DNA of 64,000 nucleotides from Hormiphora californensis (GCA_020137815.1 CM035356.1:5890001-5954000), one strand, 5' to 3'. Counted from the stretch's first letter, positions 24,621 to 40,069 are shown. Numbers and translations: made by a program. The notes: generated by a model not told the origin, from the letters alone.

Positions 24621-26503
24621 GCCTATAGTACCGACTATTATCCCCATCACGCGGGATGTTTTCCTTTGGGGACAATTTGTGATCATTCCCTTTTGGTCAT
24701 TGTGGGCTTGGGGCCAGGAAAGGAACATTTCAAAAATTATATTATTCAAATTTCTTTATGGGGGCGTTTTATTTTCACTAGGAAGGGGGGCCGCACGATC
24801 TAAGCACTAGCGAGCTGTATCTTTTAAACGTCCATCACTCGAATTAACGGTATTGACAAAATAAGCAACCCCGCCCTTATAAAAAAAAATTGCCCCCCCA
24901 TTATTTTTTGCGAACTTTTTATAATAAAAAATTTCGCAAAATAATATAGCTGTACAATTCGCTCACTTTTATTTTCATTGCAAAAGTAAATTTACAAAAT
25001 ATTTGTAAAACTAAACACTTTGGAAGAAAAGACTAAAAAAAACGATAAAAAAAAATGCCAAACACCCGGACGTCCAAATTTCCCGCCAAAAATTTTTAAG
25101 CCCCGCAGCTATTTAGTTTTGACAATTGGCAGTTTTAAAATTTACCGGAAAAAAAGAAAAACGTATAAAAAGTATTTGATTAGAAACACCTTTTTCCACT
25201 AAAGTTGAGTACCAAGGGGCCCCAACTTTTAGGGGCAATTATTGGTGAGTTTTTTAAAAAGGGAAACCATGGTTTAAATTGTGCTGACACAGAAAAGAAG
25301 TTTGGCCCGGAAATAAAACCCACCCCTTTAAAATTGCTTAATTTTCACTTGGGCCACAAAAACACATGAAAGGGATAAAAAAAATAAAAAAACTAGGTTT
25401 TTATAACTGCGGCTTTTTTTTCAACATTTTTTTAATTTATAAACCCCCAAACAATTCCCCCCCCCCCCCCCGCCCCCCCCCTTTCCCCCGCTCTCCCTTT
25501 CCTTTTTCCCTAATTTCCCGGGGGGGGAAACTTACCCAAAAGATAAAATTGTCTTCAAAAAAACTAAACGTTTAAAAAAAAATTTTTTTTTAAACCCGAA
25601 AGGGGGAAAAAAAAATTTTCAAAAAAAACACCCCCAATTTAAAAGACCCATTTTCCCCCTTTCCCCTTTTCCCCGTCTCCCCCCTCTCTTCTCTCTTTCT
25701 CTCTCCCTCTCCCTCTATTTTTAGCCCCCTTTCTCTGCGCCCCCCTTTTCCCCCTCTGTCCTCTTCTCTCTTCTATCGGAGCTATATTAGAAGTTGTAAA
25801 ACCAAAAAAAAAACGATCATACCCATGGGGGGGGGATAAAGAAATTTATAAAACCCCAAAATTTTTTGGGGGGGTTTTGGAAATTAGGGGGGGGGTTCTG
25901 ACGATTTTAAAACAAAAATTAAAAAGGGACTTCAGTATTGAAATTAAACGAGGAAAGGGCTTTGTATATAAAATTTTGGGAAACGGTAAATATTTAAGAT
26001 AAAACCCAAACTAAAAAGATTATGAGGGGCTAGAATGAATCTGTTTGAGGCGGTATATAATTCTTTGCATAGCCCGATTCGCAGCAAGTAACAAACAAAC
26101 AAGAAACTTTTTAGCTTTTTTTGTGTGTGAGTCATAAGGAGTCATAGCAGTAAGCCAAGTAGGTTTCAGAGGTAGAAAAACTGTACTACTGTTTTAGTAC
26201 AACTAGTAAACCATTTCCGAATTGTGAGCGCTTCATATTAAAGCACTACAATTCATACAGAACATAAATTATAGGCTTTATATGTCCCCTACTTATAGCT
26301 TATATGTATATTAGGTATGATCAACCCTAAGTTATAAGTCAGGGTATTCATATAATATGAGAGGGAAAGCGACTTAACCATACGTGGTTGAAAAAAAGGT
26401 GTTGGTCAAAATGAGTTCGTCGCATATCGCTAGATATCTATTAAATAGCTCATTTTATATTCAGCACTTACCAAAAAGGCAGCATTTTTAGAAAAACATT
26501 ATA

Positions 26504-27781
26504 CAGTCGGACCCCGATTTAGTGGCATCCTCGGGGGAAAGAAATCCTGCCACTAAATCGGGGTGTCACTAAATCGGGGTGAGCCATATTTGGCCCATAA
26601 AAACCTATTTTATGCCCAAAATGCTGTACTAAGACTAAAGACACCTCTAACCTATTTCTGATTAGAAATAGAAAACTATAAAATAACTTTTTCAAAAAAA
26701 TTGAGAAAATTTTTCTAAGTTATACCAGCCCGTCCGATCTGTGTTTCGAATCGGTGCAGCTTCCTGGATGTCCTGTCTAATTAGCGGGTTCGAAACGAAC
26801 CGATACGTGATACCATGCCGGATCGGGGCACTAGTCAGGTCATATGATGTTAGATTTTCGGCATAATTGTTATAAAGCTAATTCCACTTCTAGGAGGTCC
26901 TATTGGGTCCCTAGAACCACCAAAAAAAATGGTCGCGGTTTGTCGGATGAAGAAGTTGGGTTTCCGGGCCGCGCCCTTATACCTGTATTTTCAGGCTGTA
27001 GCCAAAAACATAAATATTCTTAGAATAGGAGTAGAGAAAAATCCAGGGGCACTAAAGTGATCAGCGTCCTCGCATTAGTGGGGGTAGGTGCCGGAATTAA
27101 GTCTCTATCTCATCTGGTTAATTAGATAATTGGATAATTAGGGTTGCACATAACCGTTTTTTGGCTATACGGCTATAGCCACTTAGGAATGGTTTAGAGA
27201 CTTTTCACTGGTGCCATTTTGTTCAGAAAGAAATTTTAATCTAAGAGTTGTGGAAAAATTTAGGGCCTATCTCTTATCGTTTTGGCGTTATGTGCGGTAA
27301 ACGAATGCCAATTAACTCAATTTTTGGCTTTTTTCGACTAATTTGGCATTCGTTTACCGCACATAACGCCAAAACGGTAAGAGATAGGCCCTAAATTTTT
27401 CCACAACTCTTAGATTAAAATTTCTTTCTGAACAAAATGGCACCAGTGAAAAGTCTCTATACCATTCCTAAGTGGCTATTGCCGTATAGCCAAAAAACGG
27501 TTATGCGCAAACCTAATTATCCAATTGGTGAACTTATGATTCAATGGCCCCATGGGGATCACGTATCGGTTCGTTCCGGACCGTCTAATTAGCAGCAGGA
27601 CATGCGATAAGATTCACTGATTCGAAACACGATTCGGACGTGGCTGGTATTCCTTTGAAAAATTTTCAAAAAAATTTCAAAAAAATTCACAAAAAAATTC
27701 AAAAAATTTTTGGGGGAAAAAAATCCTGCCACTAAATCGGGGTGCCACTAAATCGGGGGCCACTAAATCGGGGTCCGACTG
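26504..27781. mobile_element. 1.28-kb non-autonomous Tc1/mariner-like element with an internal ~200-bp-arm hairpin
   Basis: ta-cagtcggaccccgatttagtgg...ccactaaatcggggtccgactg-ta; ~27128-27315 and ~27338-27526 are near-perfect inverted copies. Confidence 0.85.
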
Positions 27782-28669
27782 TACATCGAAGGAGAACAAA
27801 ATAGTAACATAAGCAAGAGAAAGTATAATATCAGAAATTGATCACACATCGACGAATTATACCCACTATACCCTAGAGCATATAATATCAAATCAAACAA
27901 GCTAGGTTTTGAAATCTATACATTTGTTAAACAATTTAAATTTTTAGAGCTATACCTCTTCGTGACCGACTGCAATATATAATGCATTGAAAAGGGCAGC
28001 GCTCAAATGTACAGCAGCACATGGCAACAGCGTATCAAATACAAGATCTCTCTATCGCGTTAAAATATGAGAAATAGCTTGCGTTATTTTTCAATCCAAG
28101 CTTTTTGGGTCCATTTTATTGGAAGAATTATATAAGCGAAGCACAGTCGAGTATCGCATATAACTTCTCAATGTAGGTTTTGCAGCTGCAGTATCCAGCT
28201 GTACTAAATTCAAACCCACGCACTCTCTCAAGGCCCAAGGCCCACTATTCGTGTCTCAAGTAAGAAAATGATTTATGAGGATATAGACGAGGCAATAAAA
28301 TGTACTATATATTAAGTAAACAGTGAGACATATATAACAGCTTACTCAACAAATAACAGCAGTATAAAGCTAGCAGGTATACTAAGACCTTTCGAAGTTG
28401 CTACATTTAGCTCACGATCAACTGATCAGTGATCACTGCTGCTGCACCCATTCAACAAAACTACTAAAATAATAGGTTGCCAAGCCTAAAAACAGAGAGA
28501 AAATATCAAACAAGGACAGTTTGTCATAAATGTTGCCTCCTCTCGCTCCTTCTCTCTCTCTTTCTCTATCCATCTATCTCTCTCTCTCGGTTAAAATTCC
28601 CAAGCTTCCATCCGTACAGACTAAGTGTCGCCTCTAGCACGGAGATCTTAGCGACTCTCTTCTTTCTCT

Positions 28670-28730
<61 letters not shown>

Positions 28731-29195
28731 CTCTCCCATATGATTTCTCTTTTTAAACGCCAGACTTTCTAGTTTCTGTCACATCGTCTTGTTTGAGATT
28801 TGATCAGTGCTGTTTGGAATATATCAAATAAAAGTCATATATTATATCAGTCAAGTAAAGCAGACTACAAATAAAATAGGGTTTAATTCTCGATAATTTA
28901 TATTTCATTTGAGATTGATTAAATAAAGTATGTCTATAGTCAGACTCCGATATCATACCGGGGCCCCGATTAAATAAAGTACACAGTATGAAAGCTGGGA
29001 ATGGCAAACTATTTAAATGAAAGAATTCAATTTGAACGGTAAGCTGATGTTACTCCTTTCTCTAAATTTTTGCTCACTCGTTCCCCTCTCCTTTTAAATG
29101 AGTTAGGTAGCCACGAAGTGGGGTCCTCTGAGTCCCTTTAGTCTTTACAAGAGGAAAGTATGTGAGATAGAAAGCTAGAAAGGGAGATACTTACT

Positions 29196-29292
<97 letters not shown>

Positions 29293-30686
29293 AAGAGAGA
29301 AGGAAAGAGTGCGATAGAGAAAACATACCTAGAATGACACATGAACAAGAGAGATAGAGAGTGAAAGAGAAAGATAGAGAGAGATAACGAGAGAGAGAAA
29401 GATAGAGATGGAGAGATCTAACAGGGTTAACGTAACCCCATGAGTCCCGCCCTAAAAATTGCCACGGAAGCTACTACCATGTCAAAATTGAATCCTTAAT
29501 TAGTTAATGGGTCTCCCAAGTAGACTGGCATGCTGTGCTCCTCGCCATTTGGATCAAAGATCATCCAAATGAGCATTGATTTAGCTGTTACAAAACCCTC
29601 TAATCCAAGGTACATATACGATTACGAAAATTACTTTTGCCGTGCATTATGCAAAGTCTGCGTCTTATTACTGTAATTCCATTACGGTAATGCCACTACA
29701 TGCGGCAGCGGAAGGTGTATGAAGAACACTAGCTGAACACGCTGATCCCGACTTGTTGAGTAACAACTCACTGATCAGGTGTCTTTTATAGAGATCTGAG
29801 AAACTAGAAATGAACTCGATAGTCTTCTGAACAAAAGCAGCATTATCACAACAGATCAGGTGCTAAATGATTACCATTCTCTATCGGATGATGCCGGATC
29901 AAGACTCGTTGTGTCAACTCAGTTAGTGAGGCTCTACAATAGTTCTACTGTGAAGAAGGGGTTCAATACATGGCTATTGTATCTGCAGGCGGTACAAAAA
30001 ACACGCGTCAAGATGAATAGAAGGCTAACTGGATTTTACTGATTGTAAAACTATCAGTAATAGAGCTCTATTAACGATCACTGGGTTAATAAAGTTACCA
30101 CGTGCCCGTTACGTAGCAATACAGAACTTTCTTAGTTTGTAGCAGTGCAGCCATTATTTTTTGCCTAATCTCTCCGCGCCCCACAACAAATATAAAGGAG
30201 GGTTAGAACATACCAAGCTATTATAGGATGGTCCCCCGTCCCTCACCCGGTTGATTGTAGTGGGAAAACGGTAATGGAAAACGGAGATACGGTAAGAAGA
30301 CGCGCAACCGTGGCCCAATCACGCCGTCATGTACGTGCTGCCAATGTTTTTGCCCGTTATGCATTTTTTATTCAGAACAGGAAAAGACATCAGATCCTAC
30401 TCTAAATAAAAACTCAATGAGATTAAACTGGGAATACAACCAAACCTAGGGAGGAATAAGAGTTCGGCCCACACGAGAGATGTAAGGAGGGAGAGAGAAA
30501 AGCAAAGGATGATGCAGAAGGGAGCAGACGACTAGAGCAGAGGAGAAGCACCGGAATACGGGTGGAGATGAGAACAGAGAAGAGAAAAGAGTTCAGCCCA
30601 GAACGAGACCGAAACGACAACCCCCTAACAAAAAGCGAGGGGTTAAACGGAAACATCAACGGAGATGCAGAGGCGAGATGAAGAGG

Positions 30687-30743
<57 letters not shown>

Positions 30744-31060
30744 AAAGAGAGAGCTAGATGGAAGGGTATACGGTCTCTCTACTCTTAATTCAGCACATGA
30801 ATCAGCCTCATGGGAGATGCACCAAAAACCGCAAAATCAGCACCCGGCCCACCTGTCATATATTTGCTCTCAGCTTTGGACCAATAAGCTTACAGATAGA
30901 CCGGTCACGTGACCAAATTCTGACCAATAAGGGTAGTTTGTTGGTGAGGAGGGGCAATTAGGATTAAATGCAGGGTGGCGTGAACAGATCTCATGAGATG
31001 ATTGTTACAATCGCAACATGAACAACAACGTTAGTTGGGAATCTATACCACCAGCAAGAG

Positions 31061-31154
<94 letters not shown>

Positions 31155-32499
31155 CCTCTCCCCCTCTCTCTCAGTCCCCTTAATCTCATCCAATGCCTAC
31201 AAACAGTTAAGATTTACTGGTTATACAAATTAACGATTATACCAGATTTTCAATGAGCCACCACACTTTAATCACAGTCTGTTATAGGGTCATGAGCAGA
31301 CCTCCAGCCTAGCAACTAGCCTAGTAACCAGCGGCTAGTAACGATATTATATGGTGAACTGTCAGCACGATGTCAAACTAAACAGTTGGGGAAACAGTTT
31401 GGAGTTGTCACGAATAAAACGATGATTTCTGCTGGCCATGCAATTTCGTACGACTATAATTATAGGAAAGAAAGTCGGCCCCCCAAAAGCTAAACAGATA
31501 GTGTTGAAATACGCGTCAACTCCCATCCCCTCCTTGTTTCCCTCTATCTATCTCCCTTTATCTCTCCCTCTCTCTTTCTGTATCTAACAAATTAGTTCTA
31601 ATTTAAATTGTCATCATAGATTTTTAGAAACAATCTATTCCGCCGTCCTAGCTCTGACTCACACACGCACATGTACCAAACTGCACTAGAGAAGCTGGAA
31701 GAAGGAGGAGCTTATTTGTGACAAGCCGCGAATTATTAAAGCTATCTTTCTCACAGTTTGACCAATGGGTGATTGGTAAGTATATTACATCACGTGATCA
31801 AGCCTCCCAAACTGACATCACGTGACCAGGCATACTACGGACCAATCCCTGTCGGCTGTCTATGAACAATGTTCATTGAACATTCGTAATTTGGGAGACA
31901 AGGAATCATTTGAAATAGACAAGTATCCCGGACAAGATTGAAACATGGCTGAAATCCTAGTTGAACTACATAGTTGACCTGTCAGAGCATTGTCCGACCC
32001 TATTCTCGCGTGAGAACAGCGGTCAGAGCATTGGCTTGACAGTGCTCGACCCTCTCTCAACCCCCCCCCCCCTCTTTTTCAAATACATAATAGTTAAAAG
32101 AAGCCGAGGGTATCTAAAAGACTGTCTGGCGGCGCCGATCCGATCTGAGAATAAAAACGGCGCCGCCACAGTTCCCAGACAGTAAAAACAGGGGCAAAAA
32201 CCACCTTTTCCACAAATTTTAGATGTCTCGTAATTCAGTAATTTCCCACTTGAACTATTTTGTAGCGCTAGAATTTAATGAATAATTTATTGAACAAATT
32301 ATACTACTACGTGATGCATAATGAATGAACCACCATGTTCACTTTTAAGTTTTCTGCTGCTAGAGATTTTAAGTTATTTCGTTGTAATGTAAATTCTTGC
32401 CTTGCTCGACCCTGTTTGAACAAAACAAGTAAATTCACTATAAATTAACACATAAAGTACTGGTACACGTATTTTGATTATTGGATTGCTATGGCAATC

Positions 32500-34910
32500 T
32501 ACGATTGTCGCATATAGCTACAAAACAGTAGCACCACACTGTTCCCCCATTATTTTACCTTTATCTTCATGGGTCACACTTCTCTCCCCCGGTGTCGGTT
32601 ACTAGTTGCATGGTCGAACTGATCACACCCCCGCAGTGTCGGTGAGGATCGAACGGGTGGAACCTCTTCGTTAACTCCTGAAGAGAGCAGTATGAAATTA
32701 TAGACCCCGCTACCTCAAATAGACGCCACACCCGAACAATTTGGCTGGTCTATTGGAATGTGCACCGGCGGGGTCATGCGCCTAAAGATGGGAATGGATA
32801 TTGGATACAGATTCATTCTTCGTACATAAAGCATGTACAATGTACATCCATGGTATGAGGGCCTATATTAAATCGTATTTGTTCAGCCCTTACCAATATT
32901 GTGTCAACACCTGACACATGTCCGACCCACTGGGATCCATTTAATTGTTCATACATGCGACAGGCGACTCAACGGATCTGCAGTGTATTCGGACAATTAA
33001 AGACGAAATTCAGTCTCTGGAGTTCATGGGGTGGAAGCAAGGTTTCTTAATCTCTCTCTGTCTCTCTGTATCTCCCCTCTATCTCTCTGTCTCTATCTCT
33101 CTGTCTCTCATTCTCTCGCCCTATCTTTCTCTCCCCATTTCCCGCCTCAATGTTTGGTCATGAACTCTATTTATTGACAGCAAGCCCTACCAGTGTTTTG
33201 ATAATCGACTTGTTGAGTGTCAATGCATCACCTCTTACTCCTTGTTGGGTAAGGGGTGAGACTTCTCCTCTGTCAATTTGAGAATCTCAATCAAATCGGG
33301 GTATGGCACTGTGGCAGTGGCTCTGCCAGAGAGAACTATTATATAGGCAGTATCTTGGCAGTGAAGCTGCCAACGTACAGGGGATTGTCCGACGTGCTCA
33401 AGGCAGTATCCTTGTTGAGCAAGGGGTGAGACTTCTCTACCCCTCATTCAACAATTATAATCATCACCTTAATAAAATCATGGCACATACAGAGTTATTC
33501 AATCTTCAATCTCCACCCCTCACCCCCCATCACCCAACAATTATAATCGTAGATTTATATTAATCAAACATTGATTCAGTGCTTCCATTCGATAGGATAA
33601 AACAGCCAAATCAATCTATAAATCTGTGTACCTTTATCCAAACAGATACGATTCCGGAATCCATGCAGTACCGGTCAAATGAGTCGCGGGCCTTCCTCGG
33701 CCTCCTGAACCCCGTCCACCGAGTTCTCCCATCCATCCTACACCATCATGCTGTTCCTATCATGAACCCCGTCCCAGAGAGGATCCAGCATTGCATCATA
33801 CTGAGTTCCTGCTCCTCGGGACCACCGGTGTGATAACATTGTGATATCGCTACACATGGGTGGTGGATTTGAATGGTATTGAAGGAGAGAGGTTCTAAGG
33901 ATTTGTATTGGAAAAGTCTGTCAGGGCAATGCTCTGACAGGGTAAAACTGATGAAATGGGGGAGATGTTGAATATTGGGGAAGGAGAGGGCAATCAGATA
34001 ACCACAATTTAAAAAGTAATAACTTAATAAAACAATACAATTAAAAGAGTTCAATTTCTCTAGATATCGGAAGGTAACTTAGTTTTCTGATGATATCAGC
34101 TGAAAGTCATACTCATATTGTTTGGTTTCCTGCCCGTTTTCAATATTGTATTGTCAACTTGATTCAGCCGGGGCAAGATACTAGAGGAAGTCCGATCCGT
34201 TGTCCAGGAATCAGGATAAGCTTGGTGTGAGTCTTGGTACCATTTCTACCTGTTCACTCAAGCTTCTACCGTATGTTTTCCAGGACCAGTATTCTACCGT
34301 TTAGTTGTCCTTCTGATAAGCTTCTTGTAAGGTTCCCGCTTAAACCCAGAAACACCAGCAGAGCTCTTGTGAATGTACGAGTAGAGCCGTTCGTCTGCAT
34401 AGGAGACTTCCTGGGGAATAGGTGAGGGTTTTATTTGAGAAGTGGGAACCCGTTCAGTCAACCGGAAAGACCGCCCCAGCGGGGGGGGGGGGGGGGGGTG
34501 TCTCTTCAACACATATACCCACCTCTAGTTGTTCCTTAGACTCAGGTACAGTGGCATTAATCTTCTCAAAACTGTCTTTAGCGTTCACTCTGTCAGAAAT
34601 TACAATGTGTTAGCACGATAATAGAAGGGAGTTTTATTCCATTCGAAAAATTCTATCGAATGATTTCTATCGGATAGATCGTCAAATATTCAACAATATT
34701 CTTCAGTCTTTTATTCTGAATATCTCAACGATCATACATGCAAATTATTTCTTACCCTGTCAATTTCTGTAGATACTTTTCATCCTTTGTGTCAAGGATC
34801 TTGGACCTTGTCTCAGAGTGGTTGCGGTTCTGTGTATACGTTTCCACCCGCATCAGGGTACCTGGATGGGGGGATATTTCAGATTTAGGTGGAGTAGGAA
34901 CAATGAACAT
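32500..34910 (-). other. Probable spliced gene of unknown product (possibly degenerate)
   Basis: Coding-like blocks bounded by GT/AG on the minus strand (e.g. MFIVPTPPKSEISPHPG...LQKLT|GTAAG at ~34757-34910), but I could not build a stop-free spliced frame. Confidence 0.3.
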
Positions 34911-34961
34911 TCCGCGGTACGATCGAGGCAGCATGAATAACGGTTGACAAATTATTTAGAG

Positions 34962-37902
34962 TTATAGACTAGTCTTTGAACTGCTCCTTTTAGTGAATTT
35001 ACTCAGATTCTTAGAGCCCTTGTACTTACTCAGAAAGTGAGTTGGGAGGGGTGCCTCAACAACAAGATCGCTGGAACCCTTGTACTCAGGTAAGAGGACT
35101 TTGTGAGAGTGGAGGTGCAGAGGGTTCCAGAATCCCATATCTCGGTCCAATACACGGGCTGCCATGGGGTTACGGAGGAGGGCAGACCTGTAAGAGAGAG
35201 AGAGAGAGAGAGTTTGTTACTTTAACTAAGAGAGAGAAAGAGCGTGAGAGATAGCTGTAAAAGTAACAAGACGTGCAGTATTGGTCAGCTAGGAGAGTTT
35301 GTTAGAGAACAACGACTATAAATCTGGCGTGGGAGGACTGAGTATAGTATTTCACGGATCATTGTGTTCCCCAGATCATTGTTCACTAGTTCTTAGTAGC
35401 CCAATTAGTAGCTCATTAAATGTTCCTAACATTATTATTACCTGCCATACTTCGCGTCCCCGAATATTGGTGTCTGGAGGACGTTAGCACAGTGAACCTT
35501 GAGTTGGTGCTTGGACCCCGTTATTGGCTGTAACTCTACCATTGATAGAGCATCCAAGTAGGTTTTTAGTACCTGAATAAACGCCATTTAGGGAGTTGAA
35601 AAGAAGGGGGAATATTATTCTGAAAAGAATATATATTTTGCTGCTAAAAGGTCAACCTTGTGACTTAAAAAAAGGTTTTAAAACTGCACGTGAGAGAGAG
35701 CAATACCAATATAATCGATTGAAGCTGAGGAAGTGGTGGGTTTAACAAATGACATCAATAATGCATCCCTCCATATAACACAGGGAGGTCCATCAATTAT
35801 GAGTAAGGGGGCAACTGGAGTCAGTCGTAGTTCCAAAAAGGTGATAGATACTAGATGGTGAAGGGTATTTTGTAACCATATATAGCCCCTATAATACCGG
35901 GGGAGGGGTGTGGGGTCAGGATATAAATGGTTCCTCTCTTTGTACCTTGTATCGTGTCAGGGTGTTCTTTGTGTTGATGCTCTGGTTCTTGGTCATACCC
36001 ATTATCCACCTGAAATATAATAGTAGTGAGATTATAGTGAGAGTGGTGAAAGTTGAGAATAGTGGGGGGGGGGGGGGGGGGAATGGTGCCTATAGTTTAG
36101 TGAGGTGATGGAACCAAGGAACCCCTTTTCAGAAAAAAGGGGGTCCGGGGTTTCTTGTGTCACCTCACAGCCCCCCAGAAGAACTAAAAACATTACAAAA
36201 GGTACAAGTCACTCACTTTCCATTCCTCTGAACATATCCAATTGATCCCCCAACTTGTCCTTGTTGCGGTGACGGTACTCCGATACATAACGCAAGATAA
36301 CTCTTGAGAATCTGAAAAGAATTAACATGTACAATTTACAGTTTTGCAACGAGATTTCCACGAGGAAGTTACTCTACAAAACCCTCCCTTTTCTCTATTA
36401 TTATATAGTGTGCTTGTTTGTAAAAGATATTTGGGCGAGTGCCTTAGGTGTTTTCGCTAGGCGGGAAAATTTGTCCGTTATTCAGTCAACTGTTGGAATC
36501 TAAGTCAATATTTTATCGATATAATTTCATTGGGGAACGAGGAGGCGTTAAAGAGTCAAATTTAACCCAGTCTTACAGGTGTTACACGGGCGATTTGTGG
36601 GGAATTTTGTAACTATAATAATGGGATGAAAAAGAGAGAAGGATAGAGAAATAGAAAAGGTATTGTAACATATATGCTTTCCTTCTGCATGTTCCATAAA
36701 TAGGCGTCAACTGATAGTAAAGTGTTGATATATTTGGAAAAGAAATATTTCTACAATATATTAGCTCTCTCTACAAATGTTTTATACGGACCCAGGAACC
36801 GACCGACACAAGTAAACAACCAATCAGAACTCGTTATTTAGGTCACGTGACTGGTTATCAGCCAATCAGGGACCAGTATTTCCTGATTCGGTTCCTATAC
36901 GGACCTTTTGGTGCCGGAGAAGGGAAGCAAGATACTGGGCCATTTCTCGATCACGGGCAAACAGGATAGCACCTGAAGCGAACATGGAGATTATATATGT
37001 ATTCCAAATTATAGAACCTTGTTCGGTGTTGCCTTGGCTCAACGAGCTGTCTCACTTTGGGTACGGTGTCCCCTCTCTTCTTGGGAAGGGGGTAGGGTAT
37101 CGCTCACTCGCCCCCATCCCGAATTAAACGTAGCGCGTGAGACAACATGAGAGAGAGAGACAGCGCAGGACGATAGAAGAAAGAGGGGATATCATACCCA
37201 ATGTCTCACTGCGCCCCCAGGTTTTGAACAAAACAAGTTCGGTGGGCACTGTCAGAGCATTGCCCTGACAGAGTGGGCATGGCTGGTATACTTGTGTAGC
37301 TCACACCGCATTTCTGTGATATATGATGGTTTGGTAGATCAAAGCAGGTATATTGGGGGGGGGGGGTATTGAGTAATTCACACTGCGTTTCTGTGAGGGT
37401 TTGGCAGGTATTGTGTGAAAAATAATGAGTTATACCTGTGGTATCTTTGTCAAGACGATGAACGGGGAAGATTGGTAACAACCCGATTTCCTCGAACTGC
37501 TGTATTAGAGATTTACCAGCCTTGGGTCCTGCAGGGGCAGAGGGGTAGTTAGGTCTCCTGGGGGTAGTTAGGAAAAGGGGATAGAGGGGTAGTTAGGAAC
37601 TGGGGGGGGGGGGGGGTAGTTAGGTCTCCTGGGGGTAGAGAGGAACTAATCATCATTTATCGACTTGGTAGAGTAAACTAGAAACAAAAAATGGAACAGT
37701 ACTAATTATTTACCTCCAGTGTACAGCCCGACGGACTGGGTTTATTGTAAACCACGATCCGTTCATCATCGTATAGAACCCTACTCTGTATATTGTCAGA
37801 GTCAACAGGGGTCCTGATTCCACTGCTAGCAAACCTTCTGGTACAGCACCGGGTGCCTCAGAAGGGTTCTTACGGTTGAATTCATGCTATAGAGATGATA
37901 AT

Positions 37903-37959
<57 letters not shown>

Positions 37960-38037
37960 GAACTTAAACTGTTCATACTGGTCCTGGGTGCCAGGGGGAA
38001 AGGATCTGAAGGCGAGGTGGGTAAAAACGGTTGCATG
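34962..38037 (-). CDS. RluA-family RNA pseudouridine synthase (RPUSD-like), multi-exon; start approximate
   Basis: Ordered motifs across exons: VLYDDERIVVYNKP, PVHRLDKDTTG|AILFAR (catalytic Asp), VELQPITGSKHQLKVHCA...PIFGDAKYG, LHLHSHKVLLP...VEAPLP. Confidence 0.85.
36793..36895. mobile_element. ~105-bp CAGGAACCGACCGA MITE in an intron
   Basis: Copy of 11404-11511; tatacggacc repeated on both flanks. Confidence 0.75.
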
Positions 38038-38147
38038 AAGTCCGACAAATACCAAAAATAGGTTCAAAATTTTTTTTTGACAAATTACCATCGCAAAACC
38101 CAGTAATATCGTACTTTAACACACCCTCACACATTTCTGCCCTCGTA

Positions 38148-38318
38148 CAGTCGGACCCCGATTTAGGGGCCCCCGATTTAGTGGCACCCCGATTTAGGGA
38201 CAGGATTTTTTCCCCCGATATAGGAAATTAACCTTATTTGACCCCGATTTAGTGGACACCCCGATTTAGTGGACAAGAGCCTCTCCCCCGAGGGTGTCCC
38301 TAAATCGGGGTCCGACTG
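38148..38318. mobile_element. MITE, CAGTCGGACCCCGATTTA family
   Basis: Perfect TIRs, TA flanks. Confidence 0.85.
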
Positions 38319-38399
38319 TATTACTAACATCGCAACAGTGAGCAGGTAGAAAGACAAAGACTTCCAAGCAGTTTATCACAATACTTAATATATATTTCT

Positions 38400-39843
38400 T
38401 CACTTGAGCCACAGTTTCAAACGAAATGCATCGACTCCATTAAGATAGTATTTCATCAGCCGTTTGTCACGGACAAATCCTAACTGTTCGTAGAGATTTA
38501 GAGCTGCTTGATTCGTGATTTCCGTTTCTAGAACTACCTGAAATATAATTTAGTGAATGTTAACAGGAAGTTAACCAGTTAACTATTGTTGAAGTTAACC
38601 TGACCTGGCTAAGTTAATTGATTCAAATCCAACTGGAGCAGAACATCAGCCGCGGATCACTGCGCGGCTCAAAATCAGTCCCAGAGTTCGCGCGAATACT
38701 CTTGGAAGTCTTGCATGGCGCGTTACAACAACTGCTTCAAAAGCGCATGTGGCACACATTTGTCGCACACAAAATGAAAAAGTTGCAAAAACTATATTCA
38801 TTAAATTAATCATTATTATTATTTATTAGTTACCTCTTCACAGTTCCGATCAATCATTGTTTGTATTGCTTTCTGAACGAGAGAAGAACCTACAAAATAA
38901 GAACATTATCAGGTGAGGAGCCTTCTTGAGTGTGAAACTTTGATATTTGAAAAAAGTAAAAAAAAACACCGTAACTGAATTTGTTGATGATTAAACTAAC
39001 CAATTTTCTTCCTCCGGTGTGCTTTATCGACCGCCAACATCGCAATATATCCCCTGAACCTGCCCTTTTTGTGCACATCTAATTTACACACAATAGCACC
39101 AACAACCTCGTCTTCCACAGTCGCCTAGAGAAATAATTGTTACATTTGTAACTGAGAATATATTTGCTGTTAGAAGATAGAAGTAGAATCTCGCTTAGCG
39201 ACGGGGAAAAATTGTCCAGGTCACATAACTACATATGGAGACTGGAGAGATATGAAAATATAAACATTGGCACTTTGTCCACATGGAATTCTGAGTTGTT
39301 ATAACCCTCCTTTACATTTGTAAAGAAAGGGTCGAGCAAGCACCTACCATGAAACACAAAAATGGCCAATTGTGGATAAAATATCGGTAGGTGTATATGG
39401 AGTAAGGTTCACTCAAATCCTTGGTAATCAACTCAATTATCCTGGCTAGATTTGATTCATCTTTGTATTCGAGTAACTCCACTCCATGCTCCTCACATTC
39501 CAATTTTAGGAAGGACAGCTCCTCGGCAACCTAAATGGGATGGTAGTGTGGTAAAGAGGGCGTCCTAATGGAGAGGTGGGGGTTCTGTGGGGGTATAGAA
39601 GTGGTAGTAATGTGGTACTGTTTGTGAGAGGGTGACCCTCTCAAGCTGCACGAGCGCGATCATTTTAATTCATAAAACGAGAGCGATCTGTGAGGGTTCG
39701 GCAGAGCAAGGGGTGAACCTTGAATTGGACAAATTTGAGGGTTTGAGGTCATGAACATGATGTTATCTCTCATATTTTACCTTGTCATGTTGAAGTCCAA
39801 AGTCTATGGTACTACCCACAGTGTTTAGTGTCCCGTTTTTCAT
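38400..39843 (-). CDS. NAA30: N-alpha-acetyltransferase 30 (NatC catalytic subunit, MAK3)
   Basis: Exons give [28 protein letters not shown] | [12 protein letters not shown]...[19 protein letters not shown] | SSLVQKAI | [45 protein letters not shown], diagnostic of NAA30; first exon 39781-39843 inferred. Confidence 0.93.
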
Positions 39844-40069
39844 AACAATCTCACATTCTAGAAATCTGCAGTGATAATTGAACTAAGATATAATTCTGGA
39901 TATTAGAGAAATAGTACTTTAAATGTGAACGTTTCAGTAAAATAGTCTTCAAAACTTTACTTTTACATTGTTTATATACCATTTCAAATAAACCCTGAAC
40001 TATTCTTGATACACTACCCCACACCGGTACACAGTCATTAGTCAATAGTACACAGCCACTACCACAAAG

